64,000 nucleotides of DNA from a virus. Positions within the stretch are counted from its first letter, which is position 1. Every line of letters begins with the position of its first letter. Position numbers and translations under genes: made by a program. A model generated the notes under the pieces. The model saw nothing but the letters and a program-made list of their open reading frames with translations, was not told where the DNA came from and did not search any database. Below are positions 1 through 9,427 of this stretch, one piece after another. The stretch is taken from the IMG/VR virus record IMGVR_UViG_3300035698_035275, positions 2,843 through 66,842 of that record; one strand, written 5' to 3'.

Positions 1-513
1 TCCACGGCTAAGGCTACCCTGCAATTTGCAGAAGAACAGGTATTCGGTCCTGAGAGAGAGGATTTCGACTGGGTAATAAATGAGACGCTGGGCAAGGCCC
101 TGGGGTTGTCGCTGGTTAAGTACAACTCGATTGGTGTGCAGGTCAATGATGTGACAACGATGTCCGAGATAATGACCAAGCTGCTAGGTGTGGGGTCTAT
201 CACAATAAACGAGTCCAGGGCAATACTGCAGAAGGTCCTGAACAGGAGACTTCCGACTATAGACGAGTTCTGGGCCAATCAGCCGATAGAAATAACCAAG
301 CTGGGACTTACACCATCTGACGAGGAAGAGGACATCGAGGAAGAAGACACCAACGAGGAAGAGACGGAGGATGGGGGTGTGCTGGCGAGCTTGGAGAGGC
401 TAAGCGACATGGTAAAAGGGGCAAAGGCGCTAGGCGAGAAAATAGCCACCACCGAGCAAAAGCGGGGTCTGGAAGCGAATAACACGGAACTTGACGGGTC
501 GTCAAATGAATAA
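1..513 (+). CDS. Portal protein, C-terminal part (PBSX/XkdE-like; 5' end outside window)
   Basis: Frame +1 is open from base 1 (STAKATLQFAEEQVFGPEREDFDWVINE..), resembling the C-terminal motif of PBSX-family portals; lies upstream of MuF/protease/capsid genes. Confidence 0.75.
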   Translation, partial: STAKATLQFAEEQVFGPEREDFDWVINETLGKALGLSLVKYNSIGVQVNDVTTMSEIMTKLLGVGSITINESRAILQKVLNRRLPTIDEFWANQPIEITKLGLTPSDEEEDIEEEDTNEEETEDGGVLASLERLSDMVKGAKALGEKIATTEQKRGLEANNTELDGSSNE

Positions 514-985
514 TAGCAATATAAAGCTGCTAAAAAAATCCGGGTGTGGGGGGTCAAAATCAGCAGATATGCTTACAAAGCTAACAGGTGTATCACCGGA
601 TACAATACTAGAGAGGCTGAAGACCCTGCCGCACGCGGAATCCAGCAATGAATTCCTATTTACCTCATACAAAGTGCATCCGATAGCATCAATGGCTGAC
701 TTTGAGCACGTAATACTGAGGGGGGTATTGTATAGGTACGATAGCAAGAGGCCAGGAGCGGAGCCGGTGTTAGTTGGTCGCTGTCCAGTGTGCGGCACAA
801 TGAACATGTGGACCGGGTGTCACGTTGGTGATGACCTTACAGTGCTAGCCGTAAAAAACGGGCAGCGTTCCGATGATCCTGCTGTGATGGCGTGCAACTG
901 CGCGAGGTGTCCTGGGAAGTGGTCAGTGATGAAGGGTACTATAGTAAGTGCCAAGGAGTCTGACAGTAATGTACACGTGTATTAA
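506..985 (+). CDS. Hypothetical Cys-rich (putative Zn-binding) protein
   Basis: ATG 506 overlaps portal end; CPVC..C..CNCARC motifs. Confidence 0.55.
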   Translation: MNNSNIKLLKKSGCGGSKSADMLTKLTGVSPDTILERLKTLPHAESSNEFLFTSYKVHPIASMADFEHVILRGVLYRYDSKRPGAEPVLVGRCPVCGTMNMWTGCHVGDDLTVLAVKNGQRSDDPAVMACNCARCPGKWSVMKGTIVSAKESDSNVHVY

Positions 986-988
986 GCA

Positions 989-3900
989 ATGAGTGGGACA
1001 TACGTACAAAGAGAGGCATCCAGCGGATTCTTTACGGCATTGCCATATAGGGATCTAGGCTCTAATAAGATACAGGCTATCCAGAAGATGGGTGCTGGCG
1101 TTGAGGAGTCGGCTTCCATCTTTTTCGGTGGCGTGCTAGTAGATGGGGGTGCCGGTAAGAGCACAAAGCTAATGCAAGCACCCAGTAGCGGCGCAGCGTC
1201 AGTGATCAAAGAAGCTACCAGGCTGGCTAGGCTGTATGGGTCCTCGACGGTTTCCGTGCCACTATGCAAGGTAGGGGATAGCGTCGTATGGAAGAGAGTG
1301 GAAGAATATAGCTCGGTTGGTGAAATGGAAGCCATACTGATACTGGCTAACGATCACGATGATATAAGGGGCTTGGTGGAATTCGGGGAAATGACCTACA
1401 TACAGAAGGCAGCAGCTAAGCTGAATCCCATGACTCCAGTAGGGTATACATCGTTTGTTGGTAGGTTGAAAACTAGGCTATCGAAGACCACAGGGCCAAT
1501 GGATAGTAGCAATCTCAATGCTGCGCTGGATGAGTTGCTGGGGGAAGGCACAGATTGGATAGGTGACAAGAAGAAGACCAAAGCTGTATTGCGAGCAGTG
1601 AAAGACGCGGCACCCAGTGACTACATAATGGATGAGCAGCTACCAAAATATGAGACGGTTCTGACGGCCACAGGCGAGGAAATAACTGACGGGGTAAAGA
1701 GAGATCTGGTGTATGAGCAGGGCGTATCAATGGGGCTAGATTTTACACTGGCAGACGAGAAGGCAATAGCAGCAGTGGCGGCAACACATACTAACTTTGT
1801 GCGCAACAGCTTTGGGGCGAGAAATGCGCAAATGTCGATAAAGGCCAGGAGTATAGTATCCCAGGGTCTGGAGGAGGGGCTAGGTAGAGGAGAAATAGCC
1901 GGGTTATTACGTAAGGACCTCAAGAACTCATATGAGAAGAACACCAAGAATTATATGGACGTGGTAGCTGCATCGTTCGTCGGTCGAGCAAGATCCAAGT
2001 CGTGTATGACCTCGTATCAGGAAGCACAAATAGAAGTAGTAGAGGTGCTGGCTGTACTAGACGACGCCACATCTGATATTTGCCGGTTTATGGATGGTAA
2101 GGTGCTATCCGTAAAAGAGACAATACGTATAACCGAGGCGGCTGATGGGCTGTCGAATCCGGCAGATGTAAAGACAGCTCTGCCATGGATGCGGTCTAAT
2201 AAAAACGGTCTGTCCGTGCCTACTGCAGGTGGCGGGTCACTACAGGTGGCATCGAAGGGTGATGATGGAGTGCTTAAGGGCAAAATAGACGATGGGAAAT
2301 ACGCCGATGCGAAGATAGGATTCCCACCGTATCACGGACTATGCAGGACCACCACTATAGCCTCAAGTGACCTTACTGCCAGCGTGCAGGTCCCAGCCGA
2401 GGCACCGGTATCGGATAAGGAAATTAAGCCAGAGTCGGTACTCAGTGGCAAGCCCATTAAAGCCAAGCCGAAGGAAGAAGATGTAGATACGGGTAGCAAT
2501 CTAGACATTGACGTATTCACACCAGCCACAGACTTTAATAGTGCTCTAAAACGCACGAAAGAGTTAGGGGTGGATATTGGCATGTACGGCAAAGATGCAT
2601 CGCTGGACGTAATGAATGAAATAAACGGTGGCCTGGTAGAGGCACGGAATATGTTCGGGTCTAGTCAAATATCTGGGTTAAAAGTGTACTCGGACAGCTC
2701 CACACCTAAGGGCGGGTTAGTGCTGCCGGAGCCATCATCTGCTGTAGGGCAGGAGCTATCCCTAAAAAACATAAACAGCAGAATAAAGTCAAGCAATAAT
2801 AAGAATGTGGTGCTTGTATCAGGCGCTGGTTCGGCTAGGCTATCGAAATCGGAGACAATAAAGGACGAAATAATAAGACAGGTAGCTGTTAGGCACGCTA
2901 TGGAAATAACTCCCAAAGAAAGGAAGGAGTTCGGGGCAATAGCTAATAGTCTCACGCCACAACAGGCATATCAATTAGGGGCTAGAACGTCTAGATATAT
3001 GGAGACAAAGCAGTCTAATCACCTGGCTGATGTATTTGGTGATATGATGTTGCACAGTGCACAGGCCACCAGGCAGGGAAAAAACCAGCCACAATACATG
3101 GTTAAGAACAAAGCAGCACTTGACACGCTGTTGACGTCAATAAAGAATAAAAAGCTACAGCCAAAATCAAAGCCAGTACCAGTACCAAAGCCAGTATCGA
3201 TGCCAAAGGCAGGGACTAAAAACGCGACAAATGAGAAAATCAGGAGTAAGAGAGAAGAGGACAAACCGTCAATCGCAGACGTGCAGGAGGGCAGAAACAA
3301 GGTATCTGACAGGATGAAGGAGCCGGAATGGACCAAGCATTTCGATGATGCATTTTCGGCTGCTAGCAAAGAGATAGGGCGTGACGTACTCGACAGTAAA
3401 ACTGACATGTCAGACTTAAGCTATGCCAAGCAGGTCAAGATAAGGGAAATCATCACAAAGAAGGTATTCTCTAAGATGTCCGATAAAGAGAGAGGCGGGA
3501 TGACCCCAGATGATTTGATGAGTACTATGGTAAGTGTAACTCGGTCATGGACGTCCTCTTCTAATAGAGGTGGTGCCGCTATGCTTAAGGTGTGGGGGGA
3601 AAGCAGGTTTGGCACTGGCACATGTTTCCACTCTGAGTATATGGATGATGATAAGGGCAAGAGAGATGGGGCAATGTCTTATGGTTTGAAAGACATGGCT
3701 ATAAGAATGACTCAGAAGCCAGCTATAACCGCCAAGAATAAAGCCAATAATAAAGGGTGGAAAAGCATAGCCGGTAATAGTAGTGAGCTAAAAAAGAGGG
3801 CTATAGCTGTAGGTGACACCCAGTATTGGATGACACAGAAACTACTAAGGGGGGAGGGGGTGAAGGGGAAGCCACTATATAGAGGCGTTAGTGGTGACAT

Positions 3901-4381
3901 GGTAGCTGTTCATAAGGAGGAGACTGCCAAGCATCGTAGAGAGAGTCCTCAGCCTAAGCACGAGCCTAATGGGTTCACCAATACTAGAGAAAACCCGGTT
4001 GCAAGTTGGACTACTGACCCGACAACAGCCGCACAATTTGCCCTTGAGAATGGCCCAAAAAGGGAGAGCGGCAGAATCATGGTCAAATATATAGACTCAA
4101 AGGATACGCTATATTCTGACCGGGTGTTAGACATGATGGGCGGGTCCTCTGCAGAGAGAGAATGGGTCACATTAGCCAGAAATCATGAGAGGTCGTTTAT
4201 GAGTGAGCGCGTAGACCTTGACTATCACTCGGAGGAGGAGTACAAAGAGATAGAAGACAAGATTGGCAAGTACGAGACTATTGGCGGCGCTAAGTCGGAG
4301 AAGGAAATGTTCAGGCTTATGGTAAAGAGCGGATTTGCTAACCAGGAAGAGGTAGACGAGGAATTCGATAATGCCAAATAA
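989..4381 (+). CDS. MuF (SPP1 gp7-like) minor head protein with C-terminal ADP-ribosyltransferase-like domain
   Basis: MuF motifs LDDATSDICRFMDGK and FPPYHGLCRTT; C-terminal LYRG / SWTTD / EREW matches the R-S-E ART triad. Confidence 0.8.
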   Translation: MSGTYVQREASSGFFTALPYRDLGSNKIQAIQKMGAGVEESASIFFGGVLVDGGAGKSTKLMQAPSSGAASVIKEATRLARLYGSSTVSVPLCKVGDSVVWKRVEEYSSVGEMEAILILANDHDDIRGLVEFGEMTYIQKAAAKLNPMTPVGYTSFVGRLKTRLSKTTGPMDSSNLNAALDELLGEGTDWIGDKKKTKAVLRAVKDAAPSDYIMDEQLPKYETVLTATGEEITDGVKRDLVYEQGVSMGLDFTLADEKAIAAVAATHTNFVRNSFGARNAQMSIKARSIVSQGLEEGLGRGEIAGLLRKDLKNSYEKNTKNYMDVVAASFVGRARSKSCMTSYQEAQIEVVEVLAVLDDATSDICRFMDGKVLSVKETIRITEAADGLSNPADVKTALPWMRSNKNGLSVPTAGGGSLQVASKGDDGVLKGKIDDGKYADAKIGFPPYHGLCRTTTIASSDLTASVQVPAEAPVSDKEIKPESVLSGKPIKAKPKEEDVDTGSNLDIDVFTPATDFNSALKRTKELGVDIGMYGKDASLDVMNEINGGLVEARNMFGSSQISGLKVYSDSSTPKGGLVLPEPSSAVGQELSLKNINSRIKSSNNKNVVLVSGAGSARLSKSETIKDEIIRQVAVRHAMEITPKERKEFGAIANSLTPQQAYQLGARTSRYMETKQSNHLADVFGDMMLHSAQATRQGKNQPQYMVKNKAALDTLLTSIKNKKLQPKSKPVPVPKPVSMPKAGTKNATNEKIRSKREEDKPSIADVQEGRNKVSDRMKEPEWTKHFDDAFSAASKEIGRDVLDSKTDMSDLSYAKQVKIREIITKKVFSKMSDKERGGMTPDDLMSTMVSVTRSWTSSSNRGGAAMLKVWGESRFGTGTCFHSEYMDDDKGKRDGAMSYGLKDMAIRMTQKPAITAKNKANNKGWKSIAGNSSELKKRAIAVGDTQYWMTQKLLRGEGVKGKPLYRGVSGDMVAVHKEETAKHRRESPQPKHEPNGFTNTRENPVASWTTDPTTAAQFALENGPKRESGRIMVKYIDSKDTLYSDRVLDMMGGSSAEREWVTLARNHERSFMSERVDLDYHSEEEYKEIEDKIGKYETIGGAKSEKEMFRLMVKSGFANQEEVDEEFDNAK

Positions 4382-4550
4382 TGACAAGTCGTTCAGCACT
4401 AAGGAGGAGCACAGGAACATGCGCAAGACATACGCAGCGGCAGAAATACTAGGTATTAATGATGTGTTCATACCGGATCCGGACTGGATGAATGCACCGC
4501 CGACTGCGCCATCTAGTGGAAAAAAACGGTACAAACGAAGCAAGGCGTGA
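4371..4550 (+). CDS. 59-aa ORF overlapping the MuF-ART stop (candidate immunity/partner protein)
   Basis: ATG 4371 preceded by GAGG; reads MPNNDKSFSTKEEHRNMRKTYAAAEILGINDVFIPDPDW..; below the ORF-track length cutoff. Confidence 0.45.
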   Translation: MPNNDKSFSTKEEHRNMRKTYAAAEILGINDVFIPDPDWMNAPPTAPSSGKKRYKRSKA

Positions 4551-4562
4551 CTAACCTAATAC

Positions 4563-4592
4563 TTGACAGAAACCAACCAATTGTGGTAGAAT
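4563..4592 (+). promoter_or_regulatory. Sigma70-type promoter with extended -10
   Basis: TTGACA (4563-4568), 18 nt, TAGAAT (4587-4592) preceded by TGn; intergenic, upstream of scaffold/protease/capsid genes. Confidence 0.65.
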
Positions 4593-4632
4593 TGGGTTAG
4601 CTAGGTGAGGGGAATAAATAAGGTGCCACCTG

Positions 4633-5013
4633 ATGGAGATAAAAGCAATGCCCGATAAAAAGCGTCCGGTTATGGTAGAGCTGGCTGTGAACGGCAAGAA
4701 GCTGGAGTGGATCAGTGAAAGAATAGCCGATATAGTAGAGCTTAGCTTCTGGGGTGACATGGGATGGAAAAGGTCAGAGGCAGCAACGGCAGCGGCAACG
4801 GGAATGATCCCACCGGTAAACTACTATACCGGGTCCGAGAAGAAGAGGAGAGCGCAGTTATGTGTAAAGCTGGTAGAAGAGCTAAGGCATGACCTGAAGT
4901 GGTCGTGGGAGAGGATAGTAGACATGCTGTCAACGGCTCTTAGACACAAATTAGACGGCAGTAATTGGACACCACCAACAAAAAGCGGGTGGGCAATACC
5001 GGATATAGTGTAA
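4633..5013 (+). CDS. Hypothetical protein
   Basis: 126-aa ORF with AAGGTG RBS directly after the promoter. Confidence 0.6.
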   Translation: MEIKAMPDKKRPVMVELAVNGKKLEWISERIADIVELSFWGDMGWKRSEAATAAATGMIPPVNYYTGSEKKRRAQLCVKLVEELRHDLKWSWERIVDMLSTALRHKLDGSNWTPPTKSGWAIPDIV

Positions 5014-5033
5014 ATACTCAAAAGGAGAAATCA

Positions 5034-5657
5034 ATGTCCCTGAAAATCGACGCAAAGAAAATGGCGGCTTCGTCCGTTGGTGACCTTAGAAGTCTGGCGG
5101 TAGGAGCTAACAAGCTGGCGGACGATGTAGAGAAGAAGGCCATCGACCAGGACAAATTCGATGCAGGCGTGAAGAGTCTGGCGGATAGCCTCATGAAGCT
5201 GGCTAACGTCCCAAAGGTGGACGAAACGGAGAAGGACAAGAAGAGTAAAGACGATCAGAAGAAAGCAGCGGACCTGGCGGACCTTGTAAAGTCCATGGGT
5301 GATGCAGCCAACAACGACGAGTTAAGCGACGACCAAAAAGCGGCTTTATCCGCTGCCACCGATGCACTGCGGGGCTTGGTTCCGGACGAGACATCCGAGG
5401 TGCTGAAGTCCGTAGTATCTGCCATCGAAAAGATGACAGCAGCCATGGATGAGATGAAGAAAGGCTCCGACGACGCAGGCGCAGACGATGACAAGGAGAA
5501 AGCCGCAGCCGCAGCCGCAGCCGCTAAAAAAGCCGACGATGCCAAGGCTGGCAAAGAAGAGGACGTCACAAAGGGCGATGACAGCGGAGACGATGACGAT
5601 GCCGATGTTGACTGGGGTACCGACATGACCAAACAGACTGACAAGCTCAAAAAATAG
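5034..5657 (+). CDS. Scaffold-like acidic/Ala-Lys coiled-coil protein
   Basis: AAGGAG RBS before ATG 5034; helical D/K/A-rich sequence; head-assembly position. Confidence 0.55.
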   Translation: MSLKIDAKKMAASSVGDLRSLAVGANKLADDVEKKAIDQDKFDAGVKSLADSLMKLANVPKVDETEKDKKSKDDQKKAADLADLVKSMGDAANNDELSDDQKAALSAATDALRGLVPDETSEVLKSVVSAIEKMTAAMDEMKKGSDDAGADDDKEKAAAAAAAAKKADDAKAGKEEDVTKGDDSGDDDDADVDWGTDMTKQTDKLKK

Positions 5658-5675
5658 CCTACGGCTAAAGGAGCA

Positions 5676-7340
5676 GTGCTGATGAGCAGCGAAATATTAA
5701 GAGAAGCTACACAGTTGCTAGAGAAAATAGCGAGCAAAAAGCTGGGTGTCAGTCTGGAGGTTCCAGACGGTACAGCGTCCCTGCTAGAGCACGCTAAATC
5801 AGCCTCATCTGGTGCCGGTGTCAGTGGTGAAATAGTCGGTATACTGTCGGCCATAGATACTAGTAAGTCATCCGACAGTGTGGAGGACTTATGTTGTACT
5901 ATCGAAGAGCTTATGAGTGGCATAGATAGCAGTAGTGACCTGTACAAAGAGTTGTCACCCCACGTCGATAGCCTGTATAAATCATCTGGGTTCGAGCAGC
6001 TAGCATCAAAACTCGGTTGGGATGAGTCCACCGGACAATGGAGATACTGTGTACGCGATCCGGAGGACTTCAACGAGGATTCATTCTATACGCAGACCAT
6101 ATCTGGTGGTGTACAAGCCGTAGTGGGAGTCACCAAGGGCGATAAGAGCAAAATACAGTCTATGCGATTCAGCAAAACCGCATTTGATGACCTAGGCTCT
6201 GCCAAGGATTGGGCGGCTGAACACGAAGACATCATAAAGGGCATGAATGAGAAGGTAGACTCCCGAAAATCGGCAGAGGTGAACGTTAGTAAGTCGATGC
6301 TATTGGAGGGGGAGGACCTATGGGGCTTCGAGCAAAAAGTACGCGGGGCCTTGCGTGCACATGCCAAGGCTGGCAAATTACTGAATCTTCCACAGTCTGA
6401 GTACGGGAACGGTGGTTATGGCCCATATGTATCGGGGCTATTTGACACGTACCTAGTATTTGATTGGGAAGGCGACAAGTATTACTCGGTTGACTGGTCT
6501 AGGTCCGGAGACGAATTCACATTTGGCGAGTCGGTCACTGAAGTTAGTATGAAGGTCACTTATCAGCCAGTCAGTAAGTCATGCGATGATGCGGGGGTAA
6601 ACGTCAGTAAGTCGGATATAATGGACGGTGAGAGCATGGATGACTTCAGGCGCAATCTGGAATCATCTCTGCATGACTGCATTAAAGACGGATCGGTAGC
6701 ACTGCCGCAGCAGGCAGACCGGGCATCCGACTTTTGGCCGTACGTGTCCAGTATATTTGACACATACCTGATTGTCGAGATGGAGAGCAGTAAATACTAT
6801 ATGGTGATTTGGTCTAGGTCCAATGATGGCAAATTCTCATTTGATAGTGCGGCTCCCGAGGTGATGAAGAGGACGGTATATCAGCCGGTTAGCAAGGGCA
6901 ATGAGCTGGAAAAGCTGGATGTACTACTGGCCGGACACTATATCAGCAAATCAGATGACGGGGACGAAGAAAGATTTGTCCTTGGTGGCGTACTGGAGCC
7001 TAATGATGGTACGGATGGCAAACTGAAGCCGGACACCGACAAGGATATATACAGTGCAGAGGAAATCCGTAAGGCAGCACATAATTGGGCAGCTAATGGA
7101 TTCGAGCTGGGCATACAACATCTGGTTAAAGCCAAGTCTACGTTAATACCCGTTGAAAGCTATATAGCCCCACAAGATCTGGTGGTTGAAGGTGTCGAGT
7201 TCAAGAAAGGCACGTGGATAATGGCTGCTAAGGTAGTCGATGATACACTGTGGAGTATGGTTAAGAAGGGCAAAATGACTGGATGGTCTATAGAGGGCAA
7301 GGCATTTCGTACCCCTATAGATGGAAAAGGAGGAGACTGA
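5676..7340 (+). CDS. Prohead serine protease (XkdF-like) with N-terminal extension and internal tandem duplication
   Basis: C-terminal EERFVLGGVLEP..DIYSAEEIRKAAH..VESYIAP..KKGTW..GKMTGWSIEG is typical of XkdF-type proteases. Confidence 0.8.
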   Translation: MLMSSEILREATQLLEKIASKKLGVSLEVPDGTASLLEHAKSASSGAGVSGEIVGILSAIDTSKSSDSVEDLCCTIEELMSGIDSSSDLYKELSPHVDSLYKSSGFEQLASKLGWDESTGQWRYCVRDPEDFNEDSFYTQTISGGVQAVVGVTKGDKSKIQSMRFSKTAFDDLGSAKDWAAEHEDIIKGMNEKVDSRKSAEVNVSKSMLLEGEDLWGFEQKVRGALRAHAKAGKLLNLPQSEYGNGGYGPYVSGLFDTYLVFDWEGDKYYSVDWSRSGDEFTFGESVTEVSMKVTYQPVSKSCDDAGVNVSKSDIMDGESMDDFRRNLESSLHDCIKDGSVALPQQADRASDFWPYVSSIFDTYLIVEMESSKYYMVIWSRSNDGKFSFDSAAPEVMKRTVYQPVSKGNELEKLDVLLAGHYISKSDDGDEERFVLGGVLEPNDGTDGKLKPDTDKDIYSAEEIRKAAHNWAANGFELGIQHLVKAKSTLIPVESYIAPQDLVVEGVEFKKGTWIMAAKVVDDTLWSMVKKGKMTGWSIEGKAFRTPIDGKGGD

Positions 7341-7341
7341 T

Positions 7342-8043
7342 ATGGCCACAGCAGGCAGCAAAAAGGTCATACGCAAGATGGCCGGTAGTGGCAGTGACGA
7401 CGGAACGCATCTTCTCAGTGAGATAGAAGTGAGTAAGATTGATCTTGTCACTGCAGCCGCCAACAGAATGAAATTCGCGGTCATCAAAAGCGATGACGGA
7501 GTGGGATTCGAAGGTTCCGATAAGATATTAGAGGCAGCTATATTGCTTGCAAAGACCAACGATGATGATCGGGTTTCGGCGGCAAAGGACCTGCTCCTGA
7601 CAATATTAGAGGTCACAAAGGTTGACATAGACGAAATAGCCAAGTCCGAATCTTCGGATGATGTTAGCTCCCATTGGATGACGCAGATGAAGGGTCTGTT
7701 TGAACAAATGAGCAGCACATTGAAGAGCTTAAACGAAAAGAAGGGCGATGAGGACAATGCTGATTACTTGAAGAACTTATTCAAGGCAGAAGGCGGCGTC
7801 GAGCCTAAGGAGCTAGTAGAAACCGTCAAGGCGATGTCAAGCGCACTCTCTGAGGTTGGTAAGATGGCCGGTGAGATAGGTGAACTGTCCAAGCGGCTGA
7901 ATTCGCTATCTAAGAGAGTCGGAACCATAGAGAGAATTCCTGTAGGGAAAATGGGGTCTACTCTTGAAAGCGACGGAACACAGCCGGACGACGACGATGA
8001 TGACCTTAGAGGTGACTTAGCTGCAAAGGCTGCTAAGCGCTGA
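7342..8043 (+). CDS. Capsid scaffolding protein (putative)
   Basis: AGGAGG RBS; LSEIEVSKIDLVTAAAN motif as seen next to XkdF proteases; coiled-coil; directly before capsid gene. Confidence 0.6.
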   Translation: MATAGSKKVIRKMAGSGSDDGTHLLSEIEVSKIDLVTAAANRMKFAVIKSDDGVGFEGSDKILEAAILLAKTNDDDRVSAAKDLLLTILEVTKVDIDEIAKSESSDDVSSHWMTQMKGLFEQMSSTLKSLNEKKGDEDNADYLKNLFKAEGGVEPKELVETVKAMSSALSEVGKMAGEIGELSKRLNSLSKRVGTIERIPVGKMGSTLESDGTQPDDDDDDLRGDLAAKAAKR

Positions 8044-8076
8044 CACGCAAAAACTGACTAAAGGAGGTTTACGATT

Positions 8077-9009
8077 ATGGATAACAAAACTCTGCTCGCA
8101 AAGGCGCAGATTAAGCTGAGCGATTTAGTCACAGACGGTGGCTATCTTAGACCGAAACACGCGGCTAGCTTCATCCTCAGCCTGATTGACTCTGCTGAAC
8201 TCATGAAAATGTGCTACGTGACCGGAATGGCATCCCCAAAGATGTATGTCGATAAGATCGTGTTCGGAGATCGCATTCTGCATGGCGTGAGTGGCGATGG
8301 TACGGCACTGGCCGAGGCGCAGCGTAGCAAACCGACGACCGACAACATCGAGCTGGATTCACAGATGTTCAAAGCGGAAATACGCATACCGCAGGACGTT
8401 ATCGAGGACAACATCCAGGGTGACGGGCTGAAGACGACCGTCATGGGCATGATTAAAGAGCGTGTGGCACTGGACATGGATGAGATTATCGCAAACGGCG
8501 ATACAACGTCCAGCGATCCGGACCTGGCAATGCTTGACGGAATCCGCAAGCAGGCATCATCCAACGTGGTTGACGTTGGTGGGGCGTCCACCACAAAGGC
8601 CGTTCTGCACAACATCATCAAGACCATGCCGAAGAAATATCGCCGTAACCGTCGCGATGTTGTGTTCTTGATGGCCGATCAATGCGAGTTGGCGTACAGA
8701 AACTCCCTGGCCGAGCGTGCGACAGGTGGCGGCGATAAATGGCTTGCAGAAGATATACCCGTCTTCTACAGCGGGTCCCCAATTCGAACCGTCCCGGTAC
8801 TCCCGGAGAATCTCGGGGTTGGCAGCAACTACGCCGATATGCTGTATCTCAATCCCAAAAACATCAGAGTAGGTATCTATAAAAAGGTACAGCTCCGCAC
8901 GGATGAGGACATTAGCGCTGGGGTTCTCGTTATTGTCGCACGTGTCCGCTTCGATGTGAAATACACTGAAGAGCAGGCAGTGACTAAGGCCCATTCCATC
9001 GCTGTCTAG
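8077..9009 (+). CDS. Major capsid protein (XkdG/P2-like, HK97 fold)
   Basis: AAGGAGG RBS; 310 aa; GGYLRPKHA..F, IPQDVIEDNI, ALDMDEIIANGD, LNPKNI..G, R.DVKY motifs. Confidence 0.9.
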   Translation: MDNKTLLAKAQIKLSDLVTDGGYLRPKHAASFILSLIDSAELMKMCYVTGMASPKMYVDKIVFGDRILHGVSGDGTALAEAQRSKPTTDNIELDSQMFKAEIRIPQDVIEDNIQGDGLKTTVMGMIKERVALDMDEIIANGDTTSSDPDLAMLDGIRKQASSNVVDVGGASTTKAVLHNIIKTMPKKYRRNRRDVVFLMADQCELAYRNSLAERATGGGDKWLAEDIPVFYSGSPIRTVPVLPENLGVGSNYADMLYLNPKNIRVGIYKKVQLRTDEDISAGVLVIVARVRFDVKYTEEQAVTKAHSIAV

Positions 9010-9012
9010 CGG

Positions 9013-9036
9013 CTGGGGTGAATACCAGACTTTTTA
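9013..9036 (+). terminator. Weak intrinsic terminator after capsid gene
   Basis: Short imperfect stem CTGG..CCAG followed by CTTTTT. Confidence 0.3.
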
Positions 9037-9071
9037 CTAATACGCCAATGAAGGCGTGAGGAGGTTTTGAC

Positions 9072-9395
9072 ATGACACCGACTTATTCAACCGGTGATCT
9101 TATTGGTGGTGCCGCTAGTGCGGCCACATTCTTCAAGAAAGTAAAGATCACATGCGATGACACCTACCCGGACGGTGGATATCCAAAGGAGGTAGCCGAC
9201 CTCCTGCCTAACGGCGCGGCGCTTGTTTCCGAATACCCCGTAAGAACCGGTCCGACCAGTGACAGTGACTACGAGCTGTACTGGGACGCGGACACCGGCA
9301 AAATCCACGTTATCGTGACAGCCACAAACGCGGAGGCCGCAACGGGTCTTGATCTTACCGGTCTTAATTGCTGGTTCTTGCTGATTGCAAGTTAA
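9072..9395 (+). CDS. Putative head decoration protein
   Basis: GAGGAGG RBS; small beta-rich ORF after capsid gene; D.TYP.GGY motif. Confidence 0.5.
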   Translation: MTPTYSTGDLIGGAASAATFFKKVKITCDDTYPDGGYPKEVADLLPNGAALVSEYPVRTGPTSDSDYELYWDADTGKIHVIVTATNAEAATGLDLTGLNCWFLLIAS

Positions 9396-9427
9396 CAGGT
9401 TCGACCCCGTGAAAGGAGGTTCTACAA

